A stretch of 64,000 nucleotides of DNA from Oscillospiraceae bacterium (lineage in GTDB: Bacteria; Bacillota; Clostridia; Oscillospirales; CAG-272): assembly GCA_015064445.1 (NCBI GenBank), contig SVSE01000002.1, positions 224,628 to 288,627 of the forward strand, given 5' to 3'. Below the pieces are notes generated by a model, which was given only the letters and a program-made list of their open reading frames with translations, was not told the origin of the DNA and ran no database searches. This document shows, piece by piece, positions 1 through 8,470 of the stretch (within the stretch, counting starts at the first letter, position 1; every line of letters begins with the position of its first letter). The translations under genes were made by a program, and so were the position numbers.

Positions 1-1
1 C

Positions 2-1339
2 TATGCTCTTGACAGGATTTTCAAGGGCGCAAAAAACATATTTTTCGTTGGAATCGGTGGGATTTCAATGAGCTCGCTCGCTGAGTATTGCATAAGGTGT
101 GGCAAGAGAGTTTTTGGCTACGATGCGAAGCGAGGAAGGGAGTGCGAAAGGCTTGAGGGACGGGCGCACATTCGCTACTGCTCAACTACTGATAGCGTTA
201 TGGGAATGGACCTCGTTATTTTCTCAAATGCAATCGACAAATCCTGCTTTGAGCTTCAAACTGCTATGCGCCTTGGAATCCCGTGTGTGTCAAGGGCAAA
301 TTTTCTTGCATACATTATGTCCGATTGTAGAGTGCGAATAGGTGTTGCAGGGGCGCACGGAAAAAGCACAACAACCTCTATGCTCTCTCACATTTTCAAG
401 AGCGCTGGCAAGGATATGAGTGCGCTTTGTGGGGCGTATATGAACAATTTTGATGCTCCGTTTTATTTTGGTGGGCGCGATTACTTCATATTCGAGGCGT
501 GCGAATATATGAACTCGTTTTTATCGCTTTCGCCAAGCGATGCTGTGATTACAAACATCGAATTTGACCATCCAGACTTTTTTAATTCCTACGATGAGCT
601 CTTAGATTCATTTAAGCAATACATTCTCTGTGCAAAGAGAGTTTTTATAAACGCAGATGACCACAGAAGCGCGCCCTTAAAGCATCCGTTCAAGGTGACC
701 TTTGGAATAAAGGAAAGGGCAGATTACACAGCAAAAATCGACACAGGGGGCGCAAAAAATGCATTTTCGGTATCACGACACGGCATCGAGCTTGCTAAAA
801 TAGAGCTTCGTGAATTTGGCAGACACAATGTCTATAATGCGCTATGTGCCTTTTCGGTTGCACACACTCACAAAATTGAACCGAGCGTTATTGCCGAGGC
901 GCTTTCAAGCTTTGAGGGGGCAGCAAGACGACAGGAGCTTGTAAAGCGTGTATCAACCTTGCGTGGGGATGTGCCATTGTATCTTGATTATGCGCATCAT
1001 CCAACCGAGATACGAGCATCTCTTGATGCATTTTCCGATATGGGCTTCAAAAATCCTCTTTGCATTTTTCAATCACACACCTACTCTCGCACCTATGCCC
1101 TTTACTCGCAATTTGTGAGCGCGTTTGAAGGTGTAAAGGAGCTTATATGTATGCCGATTTTCAGCGCACGAGAGCAAAATGTATATGGGATTAGCGACGA
1201 GAAGCTTGCCGAGGACATGGGCGCAATTTTTATGAGTGACAAGGCGAAAATTGCCGAGCGTGTAAGGCAAAGTAATGCCGACTGTGTGGTTATTATGGGG
1301 GCAGGCGACATTGAAAATTTAAAAAATTATATAAATTGA
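2..1339 (+). CDS. murC: UDP-N-acetylmuramate--L-alanine ligase, 5' end cut by the window edge
   Basis: The frame is open from nt 2. KNIFFVGIGGISMSSLA precedes the first ATG at 68. Mur-ligase P-loop GVAGAHGKSTTTSML is present, and length and C-terminal region are typical of MurC. Confidence 0.85.
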   Translation, partial: YALDRIFKGAKNIFFVGIGGISMSSLAEYCIRCGKRVFGYDAKRGRECERLEGRAHIRYCSTTDSVMGMDLVIFSNAIDKSCFELQTAMRLGIPCVSRANFLAYIMSDCRVRIGVAGAHGKSTTTSMLSHIFKSAGKDMSALCGAYMNNFDAPFYFGGRDYFIFEACEYMNSFLSLSPSDAVITNIEFDHPDFFNSYDELLDSFKQYILCAKRVFINADDHRSAPLKHPFKVTFGIKERADYTAKIDTGGAKNAFSVSRHGIELAKIELREFGRHNVYNALCAFSVAHTHKIEPSVIAEALSSFEGAARRQELVKRVSTLRGDVPLYLDYAHHPTEIRASLDAFSDMGFKNPLCIFQSHTYSRTYALYSQFVSAFEGVKELICMPIFSAREQNVYGISDEKLAEDMGAIFMSDKAKIAERVRQSNADCVVIMGAGDIENLKNYIN

Positions 1340-1408
1340 ATTTTAATCTTTACTTTACCTCTCTTTTGTGTTAAAATAAGTCAAGAATAATGCACGAGGG
1401 GGACAAAT

Positions 1409-2170
1409 ATGGAAAAGCAATATGGCTCTGTTGCCGAATTTTATGATGCGCTAAATGCAGACTTTGACTATCAAGCATATGCAAGCTACATTGTAGGGCA
1501 GATAAGGGCAAATGAGAAAATCAACTCCTCTCTTGTCCTCGACCTTGCGTGTGGCACAGGAAAGATGACCTTTCTTTTAAGAGAGCACGGTTACGATATG
1601 ACTGGCGTTGACATAAGCGAGGAAATGCTCGGCGTTGCCCGTGACATTTGCTACGACAAGGGAATTGACGATGTGCTTTTGCTCTGTCAGGGAATGCAGA
1701 ATTTTGAGCTTTATGGCACGGTTGATGCGTGCGTTTGTTGTCTTGACTCGCTTAATTATCTAACTAAAATAGACGACCTCAAAAAATGTCTTTCACTTGT
1801 TCATAACTATCTTATCCCCGATGGTGTGTTTGTTTTTGATATAAATACGCCATATCGCTTCGAGAATGTTTATGCGCAGAATGCTTACATTTTAGAGTGT
1901 GAGGATGCGCTTCTCGCTTGGCAGAATGATTACAATAAGAAATCAAAGCTTTGTAGGTTTTATTTGAGCCTTTTTGAGGAGAACGAAAACGGAAGCTACA
2001 CTCGCTATGACGAGGTGCAGACGGAGCGCTGTTATTCTAAAAAGCAAATTTTAGATGCGCTTAGCGAGGCAGGCTTCGAGATAATCTCAATTCACGGAGA
2101 TTTCGATGGCTCTGATGCAACCGATACTGACGAAAAGTGGTTTATAACCGCAAGAAACATAAAGGAATAA
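1409..2170 (+). CDS. class I SAM-dependent methyltransferase
   Basis: SAM-binding motif I VLDLACGTGKMT followed by acidic loop GVDIS. 253 aa. RBS GAGGGGG lies upstream of the ATG. Confidence 0.7.
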   Translation: MEKQYGSVAEFYDALNADFDYQAYASYIVGQIRANEKINSSLVLDLACGTGKMTFLLREHGYDMTGVDISEEMLGVARDICYDKGIDDVLLLCQGMQNFELYGTVDACVCCLDSLNYLTKIDDLKKCLSLVHNYLIPDGVFVFDINTPYRFENVYAQNAYILECEDALLAWQNDYNKKSKLCRFYLSLFEENENGSYTRYDEVQTERCYSKKQILDALSEAGFEIISIHGDFDGSDATDTDEKWFITARNIKE

Positions 2171-2172
2171 TT

Positions 2173-3069
2173 ATGGAAAAGAAGTGTTCAACTGTTCTTC
2201 GCGCAATGACAAGAGATGGGAGCGCAAGAGCGTATGTTATCAACTCAACTGAAATTGTAAACGATGCAATAAAATATCACAAAACAGCCCCAACTGCATC
2301 TGCTCTTCTTGGCAGAACGCTCACAGCGACAAGCGTTATGGGCACTATGCTCCCTGAAAATGGCGACACGCTAACTGTTGCGATTAAAGGAACAGGTCTT
2401 GCTGGCACTACTCTTTGCTGTGCCGATTATTTCGGAAATGTAAAGGGCTATGTCGCTAATCCTATGGCAGACCTTCCACCAAAGCCTAACGGAAAGCTCG
2501 ATGTTTCGGGCATTGTTGGTGGCGGACTTCTCTGCGTTATGAAGGATGTTGGCGATGAGGTGCCATTTAATGGTACTATTGAGCTTGTTAGTGGAGAGAT
2601 TGCCGAGGACATTGCACAGTATTATGCTGTAAGTGAGCAAACTCCTACGCTTTGCGCGCTTGGAGTGCTTATAAATCCCGATTTTTCGTGTGCTGGCGCT
2701 GGTGGAGTTTTCGTTCAGCTTTTGCCATTCCCTGATGAGGAAATTATTGCCAAGCTCGAGGAAAATGCAAAGAAGCTTACAGGTCTTTCCTCGAAGTTTG
2801 CCAGCGGAATGTCAAACGAGGATATTTTGAAAATCGCCCTTGACGGAATTGAATATGACCTCTTTGATGAAATTGAGGTTGAATATAAATGCGACTGCTC
2901 TCGTGAGCGCACAGGACGCGCGCTTAAGAGCCTTGGCAAAAAAGAGGTAACCGAAATTTTCGACGAGGCTAAGGCTAAGGGCGAAAAAGAGGAAACCACG
3001 CTTGAATGTCACTTCTGCGACAAGAAATACACATTCACAAGAGATGAGGCGCTTGCTCTATTTGAATAA
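2173..3069 (+). CDS. hslO: redox-regulated chaperone Hsp33
   Basis: C-terminal zinc centre CDCSRER...CHFCDKKY (CXC...CXXC) and Hsp33-like length. The ATG at 2173 follows AAAGGA; the longer ORF from 2137 overlaps the upstream gene. Confidence 0.85.
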   Translation: MEKKCSTVLRAMTRDGSARAYVINSTEIVNDAIKYHKTAPTASALLGRTLTATSVMGTMLPENGDTLTVAIKGTGLAGTTLCCADYFGNVKGYVANPMADLPPKPNGKLDVSGIVGGGLLCVMKDVGDEVPFNGTIELVSGEIAEDIAQYYAVSEQTPTLCALGVLINPDFSCAGAGGVFVQLLPFPDEEIIAKLEENAKKLTGLSSKFASGMSNEDILKIALDGIEYDLFDEIEVEYKCDCSRERTGRALKSLGKKEVTEIFDEAKAKGEKEETTLECHFCDKKYTFTRDEALALFE

Positions 3070-3086
3070 CGAGGTACAATAAATCG

Positions 3087-3205
3087 TTAAGAGATTTAGG
3101 CAAAATTAGGCAAGGCGCACCACAAATCACGGACGAAGATGTACTTCTCGTACATCAAGGTCGCGACCCAGGAGCAACGCAGGATAATAAAGCATAAATC
3201 TCTTA
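3087..3205. other. 119-nt element bounded by a perfect 11-bp inverted repeat, lying between the hslO stop and the terminator
   Basis: TAAGAGATTTA (3088-3098) is the exact reverse complement of TAAATCTCTTA (3195-3205). There is an internal 7-bp hairpin GATGTAC-TTCTC-GTACATC (3138-3156) and a direct repeat TTAGGCAA x2 (3096-3113). No ORF. Confidence 0.4.
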
Positions 3206-3236
3206 GAAAAAAGCTCGACACAGGGTCGAGCTTTTA
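3206..3236. terminator. bidirectional intrinsic terminator between convergent hslO and trmO
   Basis: Stem AGCTCGAC/GTCGAGCT with a 5-nt loop, flanked by A6 and T4. Confidence 0.7.
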
Positions 3237-3908
3237 TTATTCTATTGATATAACTGTGAGCGTCTTGCCGTCAACCTTAAATTTAACCTCGCGCTCGGCA
3301 AAGGTAAGGCCATAGACTCTTTCGCTATCGTCGATATATGATGGGCGAGGGTCTTGCCTCAAAACGCCTATTAGTGCTTCTCTTTTGCCCTCGTCAAGGA
3401 TCTCGAGAAGTGCCTTGTCGCAGACAACCTCGAGCGAATATTTATATGCCTCGCTGGCAAAGCCTCCCTTAGCGTCGGGGGCGAAATCGGTGCTTGGCAG
3501 ATATGGCTTTATGTCATAAATTGGCGTTTTATCGAGCATATCAACGCCAGAAAGGACGAGGATGTGTCCGTATTTCTCGCTTTTCTCTACTCTTTCAAGC
3601 TTACAAAGAGAGAGTCCAAGACCGTTTGGACGGAATGGAGAGCGAGAGGCGAAAACACCGACTCTTGTATTTCCACCAAGCCTCGGTGGGCGAACGGTTG
3701 GATTATATTTTGCGCCCTCATTTTCGGAAAAGCCCCAAACAATCCAAAGGTGCGAAAACTGCTCTATTCCACGCAGTGCGTCCTCGGAGCGATATTTCTT
3801 TTCAAAAATCACAGTTCCTGTAAGCTCCTTGACAAGACCACTTTGGCGAGGAATTCCGAATTTCTTTTTAAAGTCTGTGCGAATTTGCGCTATCTTCGTG
3901 ATTTCCAT
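3237..3908 (-). CDS. trmO: tRNA (m6t6A37) methyltransferase TrmO/TsaA (YaeB family)
   Basis: YaeB/TsaA-like sequence: FGIPRQSG, FSHLWIVWGF, RSPFRPNGLGLS. 223 aa. Confidence 0.8.
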   Translation of the reverse strand: MEITKIAQIRTDFKKKFGIPRQSGLVKELTGTVIFEKKYRSEDALRGIEQFSHLWIVWGFSENEGAKYNPTVRPPRLGGNTRVGVFASRSPFRPNGLGLSLCKLERVEKSEKYGHILVLSGVDMLDKTPIYDIKPYLPSTDFAPDAKGGFASEAYKYSLEVVCDKALLEILDEGKREALIGVLRQDPRPSYIDDSERVYGLTFAEREVKFKVDGKTLTVISIE

Positions 3909-3973
3909 ACCTATCTCCCTACTTTGATGATATCATTATGTTAGCATTTATTTTCAAAAAAGTCAAGTTTTAC

Positions 3974-4002
3974 TTGAAAGGCGTGCGCGTTTGGTGTAAA
4001 AT
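3974..4002 (+). promoter_or_regulatory. putative sigma-A promoter of rbsK
   Basis: TTGAAA (3974-3979), 17-bp spacer, TAAAAT (3997-4002). Confidence 0.45.
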
Positions 4003-4031
4003 AAGAATAGAAATTTTTTGAGGTGATTTAC

Positions 4032-4958
4032 ATGGAAAAGAAAATTCTCGTTGTTAGCTCTGCTAATATGGATATGGTCATGAGCATCAAGAGCGTGCCC
4101 GAGGCAGGTCAAACCGTAATCGACAAGGGCTCTTATACATACATTCCTGGTGGAAAGGGCGCAAACTCTGCTGTTGCGATTTCTCGACTTGGTGGAAAAT
4201 GCACATTTTTGACAAGGCTCGGTGCTGATGCAAATGGCGACGCACTTCTCTCCCTTTACGAGCGCGAGGGAATGGACACCTCGTACATTGTGCGCGATAC
4301 CGACACTCCAACAGGCTTGGCTACCATTTTCGTTGAGGAGAGTGGTCAAAATAGAATTATTGTATTCCCAGGCGCAAACCAAAAAATCGACTTTGCTTCA
4401 ATAGACCGTGCAATTGATAGTGGCGTTGACGCACTTTATATGCAATTTGAAATAAATCACGATGCCATTCTTTATTCAGCCAAGGTGGCAAGCGAAAGAA
4501 ACATTCCTATTTTCATTGACGCAGGCCCTGCCGACAAGACCTTTCCATACGACAAGCTTCCTCGTCTTGAAATATTCTCTCCAAACGAGAGCGAGGCTTA
4601 TGAGCTTGTAGAAATTCGCCCTGATAGTGATGAGAATTGCTACAAGGCGTGCCTTGCACTTTCTAAAATGGTTGATGCGAAATATATCGTTATCAAGCTT
4701 GGTGGTCGTGGCGCTTACATTTTCGACGGAGAAAAGGGCGTTACAAGACCTACATATGACATAAAGGTTGTTGATACTACTGCAGCAGGCGATGCATTTA
4801 CCGCCTCTCTTGCTCTTGAATATCTTGACAGTGGCGACATAATGCGCGCTTGCGATTATGCGAATGCATCGGGCTCTCTTACCGTTAGCCGAAAGGGCGC
4901 ATCAAGCTCCATTCCCACTCTTTACGAGGTTGAGGAGTTTTTAAAAAATCAAAAATAA
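4032..4958 (+). CDS. rbsK: ribokinase (PfkB family)
   Basis: GGKGANSAVA and DTTAAGDAF PfkB signatures. The ATG at 4032 is preceded by GAGGTG. Confidence 0.8.
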   Translation: MEKKILVVSSANMDMVMSIKSVPEAGQTVIDKGSYTYIPGGKGANSAVAISRLGGKCTFLTRLGADANGDALLSLYEREGMDTSYIVRDTDTPTGLATIFVEESGQNRIIVFPGANQKIDFASIDRAIDSGVDALYMQFEINHDAILYSAKVASERNIPIFIDAGPADKTFPYDKLPRLEIFSPNESEAYELVEIRPDSDENCYKACLALSKMVDAKYIVIKLGGRGAYIFDGEKGVTRPTYDIKVVDTTAAGDAFTASLALEYLDSGDIMRACDYANASGSLTVSRKGASSSIPTLYEVEEFLKNQK

Positions 4959-4960
4959 CA

Positions 4961-4989
4961 AAAAAGCCGTTTCAAGCGGCTTTTTTTTA
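4961..4989 (+). terminator. intrinsic terminator after rbsK
   Basis: GCCG...CGGC hairpin followed by T8. Confidence 0.7.
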
Positions 4990-4998
4990 TTTCATCTA

Positions 4999-5053
4999 TT
5001 GTGCAATTTGCACAAAAATCATTGCCCCCCCCCCGATTTTTGTTCATTTTGCC
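4999..5053 (+). promoter_or_regulatory. imperfect palindromic upstream element with a central C10 tract (copy 1)
   Basis: Perfect palindrome TTGTGCAATTTGCACAA at 4999-5015. Arms 5002-5020 and 5035-5053 are 15/19 complementary (core ACAAAAATC/GATTTTTGT). C10 run at 5025-5034. The element abuts the -35 box. Confidence 0.6.
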
Positions 5054-5082
5054 TTGACAGCCCCTCGCGCGTGTTGTATAAT
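5054..5082 (+). promoter_or_regulatory. putative sigma-A promoter of LRR surface-protein gene 1
   Basis: TTGACA (5054-5059), 17-bp spacer, TATAAT (5077-5082). Confidence 0.6.
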
Positions 5083-5124
5083 CAAATTAGATATACCCTA
5101 TTCTAATTTATGAGAGGATTTTTT

Positions 5125-7347
5125 ATGAAGAAAAAATTACTTTTGGTTCTTTGTCTTGCGATAGCAATTTGCGCTATTTTCGCAATCAGCGCGAGTGCTG
5201 TTTCGACAACAGGCAACATCGATTATGACGAAAAGGCAACATTGTCCGACGGCACCGTTTTGCCTATTTATGACAGTAACAAAAACCCACTTGTTTGGTA
5301 TATAAGCGGTACCGAGGAGGTTGATGACGGAAACGGTGGAACTACCACTAAAAATCTCTATTCATCCGTTATCGCTACTGCGACAAGTAGCAATCCACAA
5401 GCAAACGGAGATTATCTCTCGATTGGTTACAATAACCAAACACACACCGATGCCTATGGCAATAACTTGCCTTTCAAGTATGTAACAAGCTTTTATGTTA
5501 AAAACGGCTCTACTAACGTGGCTGAAGGAAAGACGACTATTGTGGTTGCCAACCTTCGTGGTTGCGATATAGGATGTATTCAAGGTGGAATCCTTCAAAA
5601 ATTGCAGTACATTTACTTACCTGATACAATGATAAGAAGCGGAGATTACAGAAGTAGTTATTGTATTGTTGTTGATTTTACACAATGCGTAAATCTTCGC
5701 GCTATCATACAATGCTTCAACGGACAGGTTAGAAGTTATGTCAGAGAAATAAGAATGCCCACTATCACGCCAGTATATGATGAGCAAGGCAAGCTTACAA
5801 ATCCGTTGACCTTTAGCACATTTGCTGTGCAAAGCTGCAGCTTGCTTACAAGCTTTTATTTTCCTGCCACCACGGTTTCTATCGACAACAACGCCTTCCA
5901 AAACTGTTCGGGCTTGACTGGGCTGAACATTCCGGACGAGGTAACCACTATTGGAAACGACACGTTTTATGGTTGTAGCGGCTTGACATATCTTAACTTT
6001 GGAGAAAATTCTAAGCTTACAAGCATTGGCGCTGCTGCATTTTCCGGTTGCTCTAAAATAGAGGGTGTTTATCTCCCTGATTGTCTTGAAAGCTTTGGCA
6101 CAAACACAGGCTCTGGCAGGGGATCGTTTAACGGTTGCTCAAAAATATGGTTTAAGAATTATGCTAATGAAACGACAAAGCCCGATGTTTACTACTTCCC
6201 AAGTAGCTTGACAGGAGAAATACTCGGAGAGCAATTCAAAAATTGTAAAGTGATAAATAGTGTGCTTGTTTTTCCTTCGGGCGTAACGGGAGTTTCTAGT
6301 AACTACGCATTCAATGGAACAGGCTCTAACACAATTGTCTTCATGGGAGATGTAAGTGCGCTCTCAACAAACAACTGGAGTACAACAAAGATTATCTTTG
6401 CAAATCCTGCTGATACACAGGCAAGCGATATTGCAACATATACAAACACAAAAACAACCGTATTCTGCGCATCGGAAACTGATGCTTCAAAGCATCTTGA
6501 GAGTCCAAGAAATTCCGAGATTACACCTGCTACCTGTTATTCAAACAAGGCAGGAATTGTAAGATGCTTCTGTAATCTTGAGCTTAGTCGCGGAGAGTAC
6601 GAGGGTACGATGCTCACGACTCACAACTACGTTGACGATTTCGATTGCACGACCTGCAACTATTGCGAAAACTACGGCGAGGGCAAGTGCGACAAGTTCC
6701 TCGTGGCTGATGCAGACGCTCACAATGAAGAGCACGACGTAATCTTTGCAAACGGCTTTACAAGTGCAGGTGTGCACAACACCTACTGCTCTAATGCAAC
6801 CTGTAAGGCGCTCACAGTTATTGAAGACCTTGATGCTATGTTCACTCACGAGGGCTACTCCTTTAAGGCTGGCGCACTTGGTGGAATTGATACAAGATTT
6901 AAAATCAACTCTTATGCAATGAAGCTCTATGAGCAATACGAGGGTGTGCTCCACTTTGGTATCGTAATTGCAAATGCTTCTCACTTTGAGAATGTAGATG
7001 TATTTATCGAAAATGGCGAGCTTACCTCTACTAATTCACAGGGAAGCAAGAGTGGTATTATCGTTGAGATGACCTCAAGAGAATACGACTACTTCAACTG
7101 CTACCTTGACGGATTTGACTTTAACAACGAAAAGCACACAGCACTTGGTCTTATCATTGCAGGCTATGTATATGGCGAGGATGAAAGCGATATCGCATTT
7201 ATTCAAAAGCAATATACAACTGACAGCGACGATAACACACTCGAAACCCCTTACACAGCTACTGTAACAAAGGGAGAGACCGTCAGCGTTGTTAATATCC
7301 TTGCTGTAAAAAACTTCGTTCCTATCATTTCAAACGACGATGAATAA
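5125..7347 (+). CDS. secreted BspA-type leucine-rich-repeat surface protein, paralog 1
   Basis: Signal peptide MKKKLLLVLCLAIAICAIFAISASA. LRR_5-like repeats (NAFQNCSGLTGLNIPDEVTTIGNDTFYGCSGLTYLNF). Cys-rich region, then a 168-aa C-terminal module shared with 11202-12758 and 38005-41421. RBS GAGAGGA lies 6 nt before the ATG at 5125. Confidence 0.8.
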   Translation: MKKKLLLVLCLAIAICAIFAISASAVSTTGNIDYDEKATLSDGTVLPIYDSNKNPLVWYISGTEEVDDGNGGTTTKNLYSSVIATATSSNPQANGDYLSIGYNNQTHTDAYGNNLPFKYVTSFYVKNGSTNVAEGKTTIVVANLRGCDIGCIQGGILQKLQYIYLPDTMIRSGDYRSSYCIVVDFTQCVNLRAIIQCFNGQVRSYVREIRMPTITPVYDEQGKLTNPLTFSTFAVQSCSLLTSFYFPATTVSIDNNAFQNCSGLTGLNIPDEVTTIGNDTFYGCSGLTYLNFGENSKLTSIGAAAFSGCSKIEGVYLPDCLESFGTNTGSGRGSFNGCSKIWFKNYANETTKPDVYYFPSSLTGEILGEQFKNCKVINSVLVFPSGVTGVSSNYAFNGTGSNTIVFMGDVSALSTNNWSTTKIIFANPADTQASDIATYTNTKTTVFCASETDASKHLESPRNSEITPATCYSNKAGIVRCFCNLELSRGEYEGTMLTTHNYVDDFDCTTCNYCENYGEGKCDKFLVADADAHNEEHDVIFANGFTSAGVHNTYCSNATCKALTVIEDLDAMFTHEGYSFKAGALGGIDTRFKINSYAMKLYEQYEGVLHFGIVIANASHFENVDVFIENGELTSTNSQGSKSGIIVEMTSREYDYFNCYLDGFDFNNEKHTALGLIIAGYVYGEDESDIAFIQKQYTTDSDDNTLETPYTATVTKGETVSVVNILAVKNFVPIISNDDE

Positions 7348-7350
7348 AAC

Positions 7351-7385
7351 AAAAACCACACTCAGTCGAGTGTGGTTTTCTTTTA
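7351..7385. terminator. bidirectional terminator between LRR gene 1 and nadA
   Basis: Stem CCACACTC/GAGTGTGG with a 4-nt loop, flanked by A and T tracts. Confidence 0.7.
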
Positions 7386-8303
7386 TCCGCCATAGGCGAG
7401 CATATTATCAATACATCTCTTTGCGCCCTTGCGAGTTTGGCCGTCAAGGACAATTTCCTCGCCACCGTTGTCGTTTAAGCAATTATAGACATCGGCAAGC
7501 GTTGTCAAGCGCATATCGTGGCATACGCATATCTTCGAGAGCTTATAGAACTTCTTGTCGGGAAAATCAAAGCTGAGGTGTGAAACGATGCTGTTATCAG
7601 TTCCTATAACAAACTCCTTGGCATCGCTCTTAGCAACATAGGACATAATCGCAGTTGTGCTTCCTGCAAAGTCTGCGTGCCTTGTCACCTCGGCAACACA
7701 CTCCGGATGAACCAAGAGAAGCGCGTTTGGATGCTGTTCTCTTGCTCTTAAAACATCCTTTTCGGTTATGCGTGTATGTATAGGACAGCCTCCCTCAATA
7801 AAGACAAATTCCTTTTCAGGCACCTGCTCGGCAATCCAAGCACCGAGGTTGCAATCTGGAATGAAGATTATCTTCTTTTGTGGGATTTGCTTTACAATTT
7901 TGAGCGCAGATGCCGAGGTTACACACACATCACAAAGCGTTTTAAGAGCCGAGGTGGTGTTGATATAGGCAACTACTGCGTGGTCAGGATACTGCTCCCT
8001 TAACGCCTTAAGCTCATCAAGCGTCAACTGCTCTGCCATAGGACAGCCTGCGTTTGGATGTGACAAAATCACTCTTTTATTAGGCGAGAGAATCTTAGCA
8101 GTTTCCGCCATAAAGCGCACACCACACATAAGTATATTCTGTTGAGGTGCATTCTGTGCCTGCTGACTAAGCCCAAAGGAGTCGCCAACGAAATCGGCAA
8201 TCTCGACAATATCGTGTGTCTGATATGCATGGGCAAGAATACAAAAGTCCTTTTCCTTTTTAAGACGCAAGATTTCCTCTTGCATTTGTTGAGTTGTGAG
8301 CAT
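7383..8303 (-). CDS. nadA: quinolinate synthase
   Basis: NadA-like sequence over 306 aa (ILAHAYQ, MAETAKIL, HPEC). Divergent from nadB-nadC-niaR. Confidence 0.85.
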   Translation of the reverse strand: MLTTQQMQEEILRLKKEKDFCILAHAYQTHDIVEIADFVGDSFGLSQQAQNAPQQNILMCGVRFMAETAKILSPNKRVILSHPNAGCPMAEQLTLDELKALREQYPDHAVVAYINTTSALKTLCDVCVTSASALKIVKQIPQKKIIFIPDCNLGAWIAEQVPEKEFVFIEGGCPIHTRITEKDVLRAREQHPNALLLVHPECVAEVTRHADFAGSTTAIMSYVAKSDAKEFVIGTDNSIVSHLSFDFPDKKFYKLSKICVCHDMRLTTLADVYNCLNDNGGEEIVLDGQTRKGAKRCIDNMLAYGG

Positions 8304-8332
8304 TGCGCCCTCCGATAAGTAAAATTTACACT

Positions 8333-8361
8333 ATTCTACTATAATTTACCACTCGTGTCAA
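8333..8361 (-). promoter_or_regulatory. putative nadA promoter
   Basis: On the minus strand: TTGACA (plus 8356-8361), 17-bp spacer, TAGAAT (plus 8333-8338). Confidence 0.5.
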
Positions 8362-8368
8362 GATATTT
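8353..8368. promoter_or_regulatory. second, degenerate copy of the putative NiaR operator, over the nadA -35
   Basis: The minus strand reads AAATATCTTGACACGA, matching 11/16 positions of the perfect palindrome at 8397-8412. Confidence 0.35.
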
Positions 8369-8396
8369 GTCGAAATTATTTGTCAATTCTTTTTAC

Positions 8397-8412
8397 ATAT
8401 GTCTTGACATAT
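8397..8412. promoter_or_regulatory. putative NiaR operator over the nadB -35
   Basis: Perfect 16-bp palindrome ATATGTCTTGACATAT containing the -35 TTGACA. A niaR gene lies in the same operon. Confidence 0.5.
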
Positions 8413-8432
8413 CGAAATAGGTGTGTTAGAAT
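8404..8432 (+). promoter_or_regulatory. putative nadB-nadC-niaR promoter
   Basis: TTGACA (8404-8409), 17-bp spacer, TAGAAT (8427-8432). Confidence 0.55.
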
Positions 8433-8470
8433 GTGTAGGAATTAAATGTTAGATATATTAAGGAAGTAAG

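Noticed and set aside
3087-3205. Whether the inverted-repeat element is an SRP (4.5S/scRNA) or 6S RNA.
   Set aside because: The conserved SRP domain IV sequence (GGAAG...AGCAGC around a GNRA-type loop) is absent; only a loose CAGGAGCAAC resemblance exists. The element is also too short and lacks the long interrupted helix with a central bubble expected of 6S RNA.
4999-5053. Whether the inverted repeats upstream of the LRR genes are invertase-driven promoter flip switches (invertons).
   Set aside because: The arms are separated by only 12-14 nt, and the -35/-10 boxes lie outside the repeats, so inversion could not reorient a promoter. No recombinase gene is nearby.
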